A stretch of 64,000 nucleotides of DNA from NCBI GenBank assembly GCA_964397155.1, contig CAYNHB010000001.1:2093-66092 (forward strand), read 5' to 3'. This document shows positions 47,106-55,472 of this stretch, in pieces. Origin of the DNA: an uncultured Candidatus Saccharibacteria bacterium. Its GTDB lineage: Bacteria; Patescibacteriota; Minisyncoccia; Minisyncoccales; Staskawiczbacteraceae. The position numbers and the translations under genes were made by a program. Numbering within the stretch: the first letter of the stretch is position 1; the number at the start of each line of letters is the position of its first letter. The notes beneath the pieces were generated by a model. That model was not told where the DNA came from. It worked only from the letters and a program-made list of their open reading frames with translations, and ran no database searches.

Positions 47106-48047
47106 ATGCCATTTGAAGATTACCCTAAAATTTGTCCGATTTGTAAACAAGGAAAAGAATTTAAATTTATCAAAGATTTTGAAAAAAAACAGGATAAATT
47201 TTCTTTATATCAATGCTCTGAATGCCAGATTCAATTTTATACACCGCTTAAAGACAAGAATTATGAGCAAAGAGATACTTATAAGATATATGAAATTGTT
47301 ACGCCCCAAATTTTTAGGGGTTACCATAAAAAGTTTCTTGAGAGAAACAAAAATTTTCATGATAAACATAAAATATTAGATTTAGGATGCGGCACGGGTG
47401 AATTTCTGAATGAGCTAAAAAAAAGAGGATGCGAAGTTTGGGGCGTAGACCTTGATCACAATGCTATTTTATTGGCTAAAAAATATTTTAATTTAGAAAA
47501 TGTTTACGCAGGGTCTTTTGAAGATTTTTTCAAGAATAACAGTTTGCTCCAATTTGATATCATTACCATATTTGAAACTATACATCTTTTAGAAGATCCT
47601 TTAGAATTTATCAAAAATATTCAAAAAATATTAAAACCTGATGGAAAGATTGTTTTGAGCGTACCGTCTCGGCAAAGAATGATGGCCGGATTAAGTGCAT
47701 GGGATTTGCCGCCATATTGCATAACAAGGTGGGATAGCAGGTCAATTTCAAATTTATTTTCAAAAATTAATCTTAAAATATCTTATATTTCCTACATTGA
47801 ACAGTTTAAAATTCTTGTTCAGGCAATTAATAGTAAGATAAGATTGGGACTGATTAATAAAACTATAAACATTTCGGAAGGCAAAGAGGGTAAACCGTCG
47901 TCTTTTCCTAAAATTATTTATTTTTTAGGCCGCTGCAAAGAGTTTGTGATTGCTTTTTTACCGGCATCCCTTTTTTGGCTTTGGGGAAAAATAACTAAAA
48001 GAAAGAATGGTATTATTTTTGTGGAATTAGAACATATTCATGGTTAA
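47106..48047 (+). CDS. Class I SAM methyltransferase with N-terminal Zn-ribbon
   Basis: CPIC...CSEC, LDLGCGTG, LKPDG, LPP. Confidence 0.85.
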   Translation: MPFEDYPKICPICKQGKEFKFIKDFEKKQDKFSLYQCSECQIQFYTPLKDKNYEQRDTYKIYEIVTPQIFRGYHKKFLERNKNFHDKHKILDLGCGTGEFLNELKKRGCEVWGVDLDHNAILLAKKYFNLENVYAGSFEDFFKNNSLLQFDIITIFETIHLLEDPLEFIKNIQKILKPDGKIVLSVPSRQRMMAGLSAWDLPPYCITRWDSRSISNLFSKINLKISYISYIEQFKILVQAINSKIRLGLINKTINISEGKEGKPSSFPKIIYFLGRCKEFVIAFLPASLFWLWGKITKRKNGIIFVELEHIHG

Positions 48048-49209
48048 GAAAAAGATTATTTTTTTAATTCCCACCTTGAGTATGGGTGGTGGCGAGAGGG
48101 TAGTCTCTGAGCTGTCTTTAGGTTTGCCAGATTCGATTGAAAAAATTATTATTTTATTTAAAGATGAAGTTTTTTATAAATATAAAGGAAAATTAATTTC
48201 TCTGAATCTTCCACTTTCCAATGGTTTTTTTCTTAAAATATATTATTTTTTAAAAGGACTTCTCCGCCTTAGAAAAATAGTTAAGGAAAAAAAACCTGAT
48301 TATATAATTGCTCTTGGATTTTCAGCGGATTTAATGGCTATTTTTGCCAGCAATAATGTACTAGTAGGGGCACACAGTTTTTGGACAAAAGCTCATGGGG
48401 GGATAATAGAAAAAAATTTAATTAGAATGTTTTTTAATAAGTCAAAAAAATTTATTTGCGTTTCTAAAGAAGTGGGTGAAGATTTAATAAATAATTTTGG
48501 GATTAAAAGAGAAAAAATTAAAGTTATTCCTAACCCAATAAATATAAATGAAATCCAAAAATTGGCGAATTTTCCCATTAAGGCGGAACATGAGGAAATT
48601 TTTGAAAATCCGGTAATAATTACCATGGGAAGACTTTCTGAAGAAAAAAATCATTATTCTTTAATAAGAGCATTTAAGGAAGTAAAAAATAAGATTAAAA
48701 CAGCAAAACTAGTGATTTTGGGAGACGGGGAAAAGAGAGCATTTTTAGAAGCAACGGTCAAAGAATTTGATCTCAAAAATAATGTGTATTTTTTAGGTCG
48801 CCAAGACAATCCATTTAAATTTTTAATCAAAGCAAAAGTATTTGTTTTATCTTCTCAGCGAGAAGGACTGCCCTGTTCTATTTTAGAGGCAATGGCATGT
48901 GGCCTTCCAATTATATCAGCAGATTGTAAATTGGGGCCAAGAGAAATTTTAGCTCCACAAACTGATGCAAAAAATCAGACTAAAGATATTGAATATGCAG
49001 AGTTTGGAATTTTAACTCCTATTTTTGACAAAAAAGCTGACAAGCCAGCCGATCCCCTGACAAAAAGCGAAAAAAAATTAGCAGAAGCTATGATTAAAAT
49101 ATTAACCGATAAAGAATTGTCAGATACTTTAATTGAAAGATCTAAACAAAGAGTAGTAGATTTTGATACCCCAAAGATTATTAAAAAATGGGATTTTTTA
49201 TTTTATTGA
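48040..49209 (+). CDS. Glycosyltransferase family 4 (PglJ-like)
   Basis: GGGERV, GRL..EK, NPF, EGLP..ILEAMACG.P, GPREIL. Confidence 0.9.
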   Translation: MVKKKIIFLIPTLSMGGGERVVSELSLGLPDSIEKIIILFKDEVFYKYKGKLISLNLPLSNGFFLKIYYFLKGLLRLRKIVKEKKPDYIIALGFSADLMAIFASNNVLVGAHSFWTKAHGGIIEKNLIRMFFNKSKKFICVSKEVGEDLINNFGIKREKIKVIPNPININEIQKLANFPIKAEHEEIFENPVIITMGRLSEEKNHYSLIRAFKEVKNKIKTAKLVILGDGEKRAFLEATVKEFDLKNNVYFLGRQDNPFKFLIKAKVFVLSSQREGLPCSILEAMACGLPIISADCKLGPREILAPQTDAKNQTKDIEYAEFGILTPIFDKKADKPADPLTKSEKKLAEAMIKILTDKELSDTLIERSKQRVVDFDTPKIIKKWDFLFY

Positions 49210-49210
49210 A

Positions 49211-50254
49211 ATGAAAAAACAATTTAAAATTTTAATAATTCATCCTGGCGGGATTGGGGACTTAATAATGTTTACGCCAGCCCTGCGGGTTTTAAGAGAT
49301 AGTTTTCTTGATTCTAAGATAGATATTTTCGCCGGTTATACGCTAGCTGCAGCCGAAGTTTTACCGAACTGGAAAGGTGTTGAAGTTTATGATTTTGACT
49401 TTCCAAAAAGCAATTTTTTTGGTAGACTTAGATTTATCTATAGATTAAGGAAAGAAAGGTATGATTTAGCCATTGTTGCCAGCGGAGTTGATGCGTTAAA
49501 GGGAAGTTTATTTGCTTTTTTGATTGGAGCGAAAAAAAGGGTCGGGGATTATAGAAAATATAAATGGTTTTATACCCATTCGGTCAAATTAAATGGAAAC
49601 CAGCACAAGACATTAGCTAATTTGGATTTGTTAAAATCTTTGGGTCTAAATGTAAATTTTAAGGACGCGTTATTCTTTGAGATAAGAAATGAAGACAGGC
49701 AGTTTGCTGAAAAATTTATTTTTAAAAATGATTTAAAGAAAAAAGTATTAGTGGGTTTTGCTCCCTGCGTTGGCTTAAAACAGCAATTTAAGCGATGGCC
49801 CAAAGACAATTTTGTTGAATTAGGCAGAAAGATTTTAGATAGCTACACTGATTCCTTTATACTTATTTTTGGTTCTTTTAGCGAGAAAGAGTTTTGTTCA
49901 AAAATAAAGAGTGATTTAGGAAAAAACACCATGGAAATAACTGACTTCTCGTTAAAGCAGGTAGCTGCCCTAATAGACAAATGCAAGGTTTTTGTTGCTT
50001 CTGACTGCGGATTAGGCCATATTGCCACAACCACTAACACGAATTTAATTTCTATATTTGGGCCTACTATTTCAGAAAGAACCGGACCATATATCCATGT
50101 GGCTAAAGTGCAAATAATCAGTGAAAAATGCAATTATCAATACCACGATATTTATAGGGCTAAAAATTATGATGCAACCAGGCAACACCAGTGTTTAATA
50201 AAGATAACTCCAGACAAAGTTTTTAGCAAGGTTAAAGAAATTTTAGTAAAATGA
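49211..50254 (+). CDS. Glycosyltransferase family 9 (heptosyltransferase-like)
   Basis: GIGDLIM.TP, KRWP, SDCGLGHIA, IFGPT. Confidence 0.88.
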   Translation: MKKQFKILIIHPGGIGDLIMFTPALRVLRDSFLDSKIDIFAGYTLAAAEVLPNWKGVEVYDFDFPKSNFFGRLRFIYRLRKERYDLAIVASGVDALKGSLFAFLIGAKKRVGDYRKYKWFYTHSVKLNGNQHKTLANLDLLKSLGLNVNFKDALFFEIRNEDRQFAEKFIFKNDLKKKVLVGFAPCVGLKQQFKRWPKDNFVELGRKILDSYTDSFILIFGSFSEKEFCSKIKSDLGKNTMEITDFSLKQVAALIDKCKVFVASDCGLGHIATTTNTNLISIFGPTISERTGPYIHVAKVQIISEKCNYQYHDIYRAKNYDATRQHQCLIKITPDKVFSKVKEILVK

Positions 50255-50263
50255 ATAAAAGAT

Positions 50264-50638
50264 ATGATGGATAAAAAAACACCAAAACCATATAAGCCAG
50301 AAAGGCATTTTAAGGGATGGGGGTTTGAAGACTGGACAGCCAACAATAAAGAATATTGCGGTAAATTATTATTTTTTCAAAAAGGAAAAAAATGCAGTTT
50401 TCACTATCACGAGAAAAAACATGAAACATTTTATCTTTTTTCAGGAAAGATGGAAATCAGAATATCTTGGCAGGACGATCTTTCTTCTGCTGTATCTTTT
50501 ATTTTTTTGCCTGGTGATTGCCTTGAAATACCAAGGGGGTTGAGGCACCAAATGACTGCGCTGGAAGATTCAAATCTTTTTGAATTTTCAACTACTCATT
50601 TCGAAGAGGATTCAAAAAGAATTATAAGAGGAGATTAA
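50264..50638 (+). CDS. Cupin-domain protein
   Basis: KGWG.E.W, YCGKLL, SFHYH..K.ETF, H...A, EFST.H..DS.R...GD. Confidence 0.85.
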   Translation: MMDKKTPKPYKPERHFKGWGFEDWTANNKEYCGKLLFFQKGKKCSFHYHEKKHETFYLFSGKMEIRISWQDDLSSAVSFIFLPGDCLEIPRGLRHQMTALEDSNLFEFSTTHFEEDSKRIIRGD

Positions 50639-50641
50639 AAT

Positions 50642-51586
50642 ATGAAAAAACTAGTAGAATTAGTAAACAATTTTAAAGGGAAAAAAATAGGAGTGATTGG
50701 CGATTTAATGCTGGACCATTTTATATGGGGAGATGTTGAGCGCATTTCGCCCGAAGCTCCAATTCCGGTTGTTTTGGCGCACAAGGAAAGTTTTATACCC
50801 GGCGGTGCTGGGAACACTGCCAGCAATATTGCTGCCTTGGGCGGAAAAGTTTTTTTAGTGGGGCTGGCAGGCAAAGATGAAGCTGGCAAAAAACTGATTT
50901 CTGAATTTCAAAAAATAGACGTCGATACCAGCGGAGTTTTAATTTCAAGCCAGAAGCCGACCATCCAAAAAATAAGAATTGTAGCTCGGGGTCAGCAGGT
51001 TGTCAGGGTGGATAAAGAGAATACTGAATACATAAGCAAAGACATTGAAAAAAAATTAATTTCATTTATTTTGCCAAACATAAAAGAGTGGGACGGCATT
51101 GTGGTTTCAGATTATGCCAAGGGAGTGATTACTAAGAATTTTGCCCAAACTTTGGTTAAATTAGCTGTAAAGCATAAAAAGCCGATAATTTGTGACGTAA
51201 AGCCAAAACATGCGCCATATTTTAAAAATGCCACTCTTTTGAGCCCCAACCATAAAGAATGTTTAGAAATTGCTGGAGTAGAAGACGAAAGGCAAGCAGG
51301 CAAGATAATCCAAAAACAATTTAACTGCAGTGTTTTGCTCACCCAGGGAGCGCGAGGAGTTACTTTGTTTGGAAATAAAGAAATAAAACATTTTCCCGCT
51401 ATGGCAAAAGAGGTTTTTGATGTTAGCGGAGCCGGAGACACAACGGTGGCTGTTGCCACTTTGGCTTTAGCTTCAGGGGCTAACCTTGAGCAGGCCTCAA
51501 TTATAGCTAACCACGCGGCTGGCATTGTCGTGGGTAAGCTAGGAACTGCAGTAGTTTTTCCACAAGAATTAAAACAAAACTTATAA
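50642..51586 (+). CDS. hldA: D-glycero-D-manno-heptose-7-phosphate kinase (HldE/RfaE domain I)
   Basis: GDLMLD, RISPEAPIPV, SDYAKG, PN..E, DVSGAGDT, VVGKLGT. Confidence 0.9.
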   Translation: MKKLVELVNNFKGKKIGVIGDLMLDHFIWGDVERISPEAPIPVVLAHKESFIPGGAGNTASNIAALGGKVFLVGLAGKDEAGKKLISEFQKIDVDTSGVLISSQKPTIQKIRIVARGQQVVRVDKENTEYISKDIEKKLISFILPNIKEWDGIVVSDYAKGVITKNFAQTLVKLAVKHKKPIICDVKPKHAPYFKNATLLSPNHKECLEIAGVEDERQAGKIIQKQFNCSVLLTQGARGVTLFGNKEIKHFPAMAKEVFDVSGAGDTTVAVATLALASGANLEQASIIANHAAGIVVGKLGTAVVFPQELKQNL

Positions 51587-51590
51587 AATT

Positions 51591-51621
51591 AAAAAAACCC
51601 ATCAGCTTTCGCGATGGGTTT
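51591..51621 (-). terminator. Terminator of the second antisense Nudix gene
   Basis: Minus strand AAACCCATC-GC-GAAA-GC-T-GATGGGTTT plus U tract. Confidence 0.7.
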
Positions 51622-51645
51622 GGCAAATCATGCACACTTGGACTT

Positions 51646-52353
51646 TTAGGCCAAACTGGCCCATCCGCCACACAGCTCCAGTCCGAGTTGGCAGAGCGAA
51701 GCGAGCGCAAGCCACTCTAAAAGGATGCCTTTTTTGCCTTGTTCTATCAGGAAGTTTTCCGCTTCCAGTAGAGGCACAAGGGCGCATTTTTCCGGAATTA
51801 CGCCCTCTTTTCTAGGTGGTGCCGGTTTTTTTGTTACAAGAGTTGTACAGGTGGAGTAAAACTCCACATTGCCTCCTGCATCATTGGCTGCATAGACGCT
51901 AGTCAGCAAAGGCGCCGTCATCGCAATATCTGTGGCACTGCAACCATATTCTTCTGTAGCTTCTCGAAGACCATTGGCAATGGCCTGTTCATCAACCGCA
52001 TCAGCCACGCCTCCGGGAATCTCTAGTTGGTAATTTTCAGTTAATCCTTCAAGCTCCGGCGATTTCGGATACGTGCAGGGCTTGTCTGATGCCAAGAAAA
52101 ATACCCAGAGATTCTGCAGTCCGATTCTACGGAGATTCTGCAGGAAGCTAGGGAGGTCGCTACTATTTTTTGCCTGCGATTCATCCCATAACTCTTCTTC
52201 AACATACAGAACCATACACTTGGCCGACCTAAAGTGACCATTCTTTCGGGCTACAACTTCTCGATAACCGCTTGGGGTGCGAAACCCATGAAGGTGCAAC
52301 CACTTGCCTTTGCCGATCAGGTTCTTATGGTCGAAAACTATGGTTTTTCTCAT
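51646..52353 (-). CDS. Nudix hydrolase (ADP-ribose pyrophosphatase-like)
   Basis: LEIPGGVADAVDEQAIANGLREATEEYG Nudix box; ATG 52353 preceded by GGAG. Confidence 0.7.
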   Translation of the reverse strand: MRKTIVFDHKNLIGKGKWLHLHGFRTPSGYREVVARKNGHFRSAKCMVLYVEEELWDESQAKNSSDLPSFLQNLRRIGLQNLWVFFLASDKPCTYPKSPELEGLTENYQLEIPGGVADAVDEQAIANGLREATEEYGCSATDIAMTAPLLTSVYAANDAGGNVEFYSTCTTLVTKKPAPPRKEGVIPEKCALVPLLEAENFLIEQGKKGILLEWLALASLCQLGLELCGGWASLA

Positions 52354-52398
52354 GGTTTCTCTCCAAGATTTAGTCAAATTCAAAGGACAGTATCTTTA

Positions 52399-52427
52399 AT
52401 ATTAAACTATTATTATAACTTTGTCAA
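52399..52427 (-). promoter_or_regulatory. Promoter of the antisense Nudix gene
   Basis: Minus strand TTGACA, 17 nt, TAATAT, followed by GTCCTTTGAA in the leader. Confidence 0.55.
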
Positions 52428-52448
52428 TATTTAAAAGTCAAAAGATTT

Positions 52449-53480
52449 ATGTTATATTCTGTAATACGCAACAAAAAAGTGAACTCCAAGATTAAACGCC
52501 GAGAACAAATTGTTGGACTTGCAAAAAACCTTAAAAAACAAGGGAAAAAAGTCGTTACCTATAACGGCAGTTTTGATATCTTGCATTTGGGGCACATTAA
52601 ATCTTTAGAAGAGGCAAAACAACAAGGAGATATTTTAATCGTTCTTTTGAACAGCGATAATTCTGTTCGTAATTATAAAGGACCAAATCATCCAATTAAT
52701 TCAGAAGGGCATAGGGCAGAGGTTTTATCTGCTATAGGCCACGTTGATTATGTCGTTAATTTTGATGAAATTAATCCTAAGGAAATTTTGAAAAAAATTA
52801 AGCCAGACATTCACTGTAACGGTTCAGATTGGGGAAAAAATTGCGTTGAAAGAGGCGTTGTTGAAGAAAACGGAGGTAGAATCCATCTTTTAAAATGGCA
52901 ACAAGGTTTTTCAACCAGCGGATTAATACAAAAAACCATAAATACCAATTCCAAGCCAGAAATAAAAGCAGTATTTTTAGACCGCGATGGAACCATAAAT
53001 GTAAACAATCCCGAATATGTCCACAAAATTAATGATTTTAAATTTGTTCCCGGCGCGATTTCAGCTTTGAAAAAATTATCAAAAACTAATTACAAGATTA
53101 TTATTGCAACTAATCAGTCGGGAATTAGCAGAGGATACTTTAGAGAAGATAACTTGAGGCAGCTACATAAATGGATGATTTCAGAATTGAATAAAAGGGG
53201 CGTGAGAATAGATAAAATTTATTATTGTCCTCATGGGCCTAATGATAATTGTTCATGCCGAAAGCCAAAACCAGGCATGTTTTTTCAGGCAGCAAAAGAT
53301 TTTAGTATTAATTTGAGTAAGAGTTGGCTTATCGGCGATGAGCAGAGAGATGTGATCGTTGGCAGAGAGGCAAACATAAAAACCATAAAAATTGGCACTA
53401 GTATGCCTAAAAAGCTAAAGATTGAACCTAACTATTACGCCAAAAATATTTTAGAGGCGGTTGACGTTATTCTTGCATAA
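52449..53480 (+). CDS. Fusion of heptose-1-phosphate adenylyltransferase (HldC) and heptose bisphosphate phosphatase (GmhB)
   Basis: NGSFDILHLGH, LNSD.SV..YKG; then FLDRDGTIN, TNQSGI, CPH...CSCRKPKPGM, IGD. Confidence 0.9.
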   Translation: MLYSVIRNKKVNSKIKRREQIVGLAKNLKKQGKKVVTYNGSFDILHLGHIKSLEEAKQQGDILIVLLNSDNSVRNYKGPNHPINSEGHRAEVLSAIGHVDYVVNFDEINPKEILKKIKPDIHCNGSDWGKNCVERGVVEENGGRIHLLKWQQGFSTSGLIQKTINTNSKPEIKAVFLDRDGTINVNNPEYVHKINDFKFVPGAISALKKLSKTNYKIIIATNQSGISRGYFREDNLRQLHKWMISELNKRGVRIDKIYYCPHGPNDNCSCRKPKPGMFFQAAKDFSINLSKSWLIGDEQRDVIVGREANIKTIKIGTSMPKKLKIEPNYYAKNILEAVDVILA

Positions 53481-53486
53481 TTTTAG

Positions 53487-53627
53487 GAGAACCACATTAA
53501 AGATTTTTTAAAAGAATTAAAAAATAAAATAGATAAAGTTTCTCATGATGAAATAATCAAAGTGGTTAAGTGTCTTCAATCAGTTTATGAAAACAAAGAT
53601 AGGATTTATAATTGTTTTGTATTTTGA
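53487..53627 (+). pseudogene. Remnant of the N-terminus of a GmhA-like SIS protein
   Basis: Start-less frame ENHIKDFLKELKNKIDKVSHDEIIKVVKCLQSVYENKDRIY ends just before the expected GNGGS; lies between gmhB and hldD. Confidence 0.5.
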
Positions 53628-53648
53628 AAAAAATTTAAAATAAGAAAA

Positions 53649-54548
53649 ATGAATAGCAAAAAAATATTAATTACAGGCGGAGCTGGATTTATCGGTTCTA
53701 ATTTAGCTTTGGCGCTTCAGGAAAAATATCCAGAAAACGAATACTTTGTCATCGATAATTTTTCTTCCGGCAATCCCGAAAATCTTATTGGTTTTAAAGG
53801 TAAAATTATTTCTGCCAACATTGCGCAAATAGATTTGAAAAGACATTTTGACAAACTGGATATTATTTTTCATCAGGCAGCCATTACAGACACCACGGTT
53901 TTTGACGAGAAAAAAATGATGTCTAGCAACGTTGATGGTTTTAAAAATGTATTGAATTTCGCCATCGATTGTAAAGCCAAGCTGATTTATGCCTCTTCTG
54001 CAGCAGTCTACGGCCATTCAGAGCCCCCAATGATAGTTGGCAAAAACGAGGTTCCAGCTAATGTATACGGTCTTTCTAAGTTGGTAGCCGACAATATTGC
54101 CCGCGAGAATTTTAATAATCTTCATTTGGTTGGGCTGCGCTATTTTAATGTTTATGGACCGGGAGAAAAGTATAAAGGCAAAATGGCAAGCATGGTTTGG
54201 CAGTTGTATTTGCAGATGAAACAGGGCAGGAGGCCCAGGATTTTCAAATACGGAGAGCAGAAAAGAGATCAGGTTTATATTAAAGATATTGTTAAAGCAA
54301 ATTTACTCGCCTTAGATTGCGAAGAGAGTGGAATTTTTAATGTTGGAATTGGAAAAGCAACTACATTTAATGATATAATCAAAAATATTAATGGCGTCCT
54401 TGGTACAAATTTTGAACCAGAATACATTGATAATCCACATGAACATTATCAAGAACATACTGAAGCCGACTTAACAGAAACAAAGAGCGCTTTGGGATAT
54501 TCAGCAGAATATGATATAAAAAAAGGAATTGAAGATTATTTTAAATAA
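53649..54548 (+). CDS. hldD: ADP-L-glycero-D-manno-heptose 6-epimerase
   Basis: TGGAGFIGSN, FHQAAITDTT, YASSAAVYG, YG.SK, LRYFNVYGPGE..KG.MASM. Confidence 0.88.
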   Translation: MNSKKILITGGAGFIGSNLALALQEKYPENEYFVIDNFSSGNPENLIGFKGKIISANIAQIDLKRHFDKLDIIFHQAAITDTTVFDEKKMMSSNVDGFKNVLNFAIDCKAKLIYASSAAVYGHSEPPMIVGKNEVPANVYGLSKLVADNIARENFNNLHLVGLRYFNVYGPGEKYKGKMASMVWQLYLQMKQGRRPRIFKYGEQKRDQVYIKDIVKANLLALDCEESGIFNVGIGKATTFNDIIKNINGVLGTNFEPEYIDNPHEHYQEHTEADLTETKSALGYSAEYDIKKGIEDYFK

Positions 54549-54567
54549 TAAACAATAATTTACGAAT

Positions 54568-55446
54568 ATGTTTAAAAACTATCGCCCGATTATCAAAAGA
54601 TTTTTTCATATATTGGTTAATAATCCCATTTTTTTCTTTAAAAGAATTCTTCTTGAGTTAAAATATTTTATCTTACCGATGCCAAAATCGGCAGTTGTCA
54701 AAAAAATAAATGGGGTATCGTTTAATTTTGATTTTAATTATAGTCCTAAAGTCAAGCAGATGTATGTTGGCAATTATCAGTCGATAATTTCCGAAAACCT
54801 AAGGAAATATTTAAAAAAGGGGGATACGTTTATTGATGTTGGGGCGAGTATAGGTTATTTTTGCGCAATTGCCGCCGGGTATGTTGGAAAAAACGGGCAG
54901 GTTCATAGTTTTGAGCCAATACCAGAATATTCTAAGAAGATAGATGAGCTTTCTAAAATGAATAGTGAATATAAGATTGTAGAAAATCAGTGCGCTTTAG
55001 GAGAAAAAGAAGGGTTGAGTAAAATTTATGTAGATGGTCCTTCCGATATCGGGAACAATACTTTTTTTCCTGATTTGTTTGGCGCTGACACAAAAAAAGG
55101 TAAAGTCATCGAGGTTCCCGTGCGCCGGCTTGATGTATACATTAAAGAAAATGGGCTAAACAATATAGGGCTAATTAAAATTGATGTAGAAGGGTTCGAA
55201 TTTCCTGTTTTAAAAGGATTAAGCGGTTATTTCACAGAGTGTTCTAACGCTGGATTTTATCCTCCGATTATATGTGAAATTGTTCCTTCAGCTTACGCTT
55301 ATTCCGGGTGCAAGCTGCAAGATCTTTTAGATTATATGGAAAAGTTTTCGTATCATCCTTTTGAAATTTTTAATGCTAAAAAGAAGATTAGCATAAACGA
55401 AATAGAAAAAAAAGCAGTAATAGATGTACTTTTTTTAAACAAATAA
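54568..55446 (+). CDS. FkbM-family methyltransferase
   Basis: FIDVGASIG, SFEP, KIDVEGFE..VLKG. Confidence 0.9.
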   Translation: MFKNYRPIIKRFFHILVNNPIFFFKRILLELKYFILPMPKSAVVKKINGVSFNFDFNYSPKVKQMYVGNYQSIISENLRKYLKKGDTFIDVGASIGYFCAIAAGYVGKNGQVHSFEPIPEYSKKIDELSKMNSEYKIVENQCALGEKEGLSKIYVDGPSDIGNNTFFPDLFGADTKKGKVIEVPVRRLDVYIKENGLNNIGLIKIDVEGFEFPVLKGLSGYFTECSNAGFYPPIICEIVPSAYAYSGCKLQDLLDYMEKFSYHPFEIFNAKKKISINEIEKKAVIDVLFLNK

Positions 55447-55472
55447 AAATTAAAAATAATATAATTTTAAAA

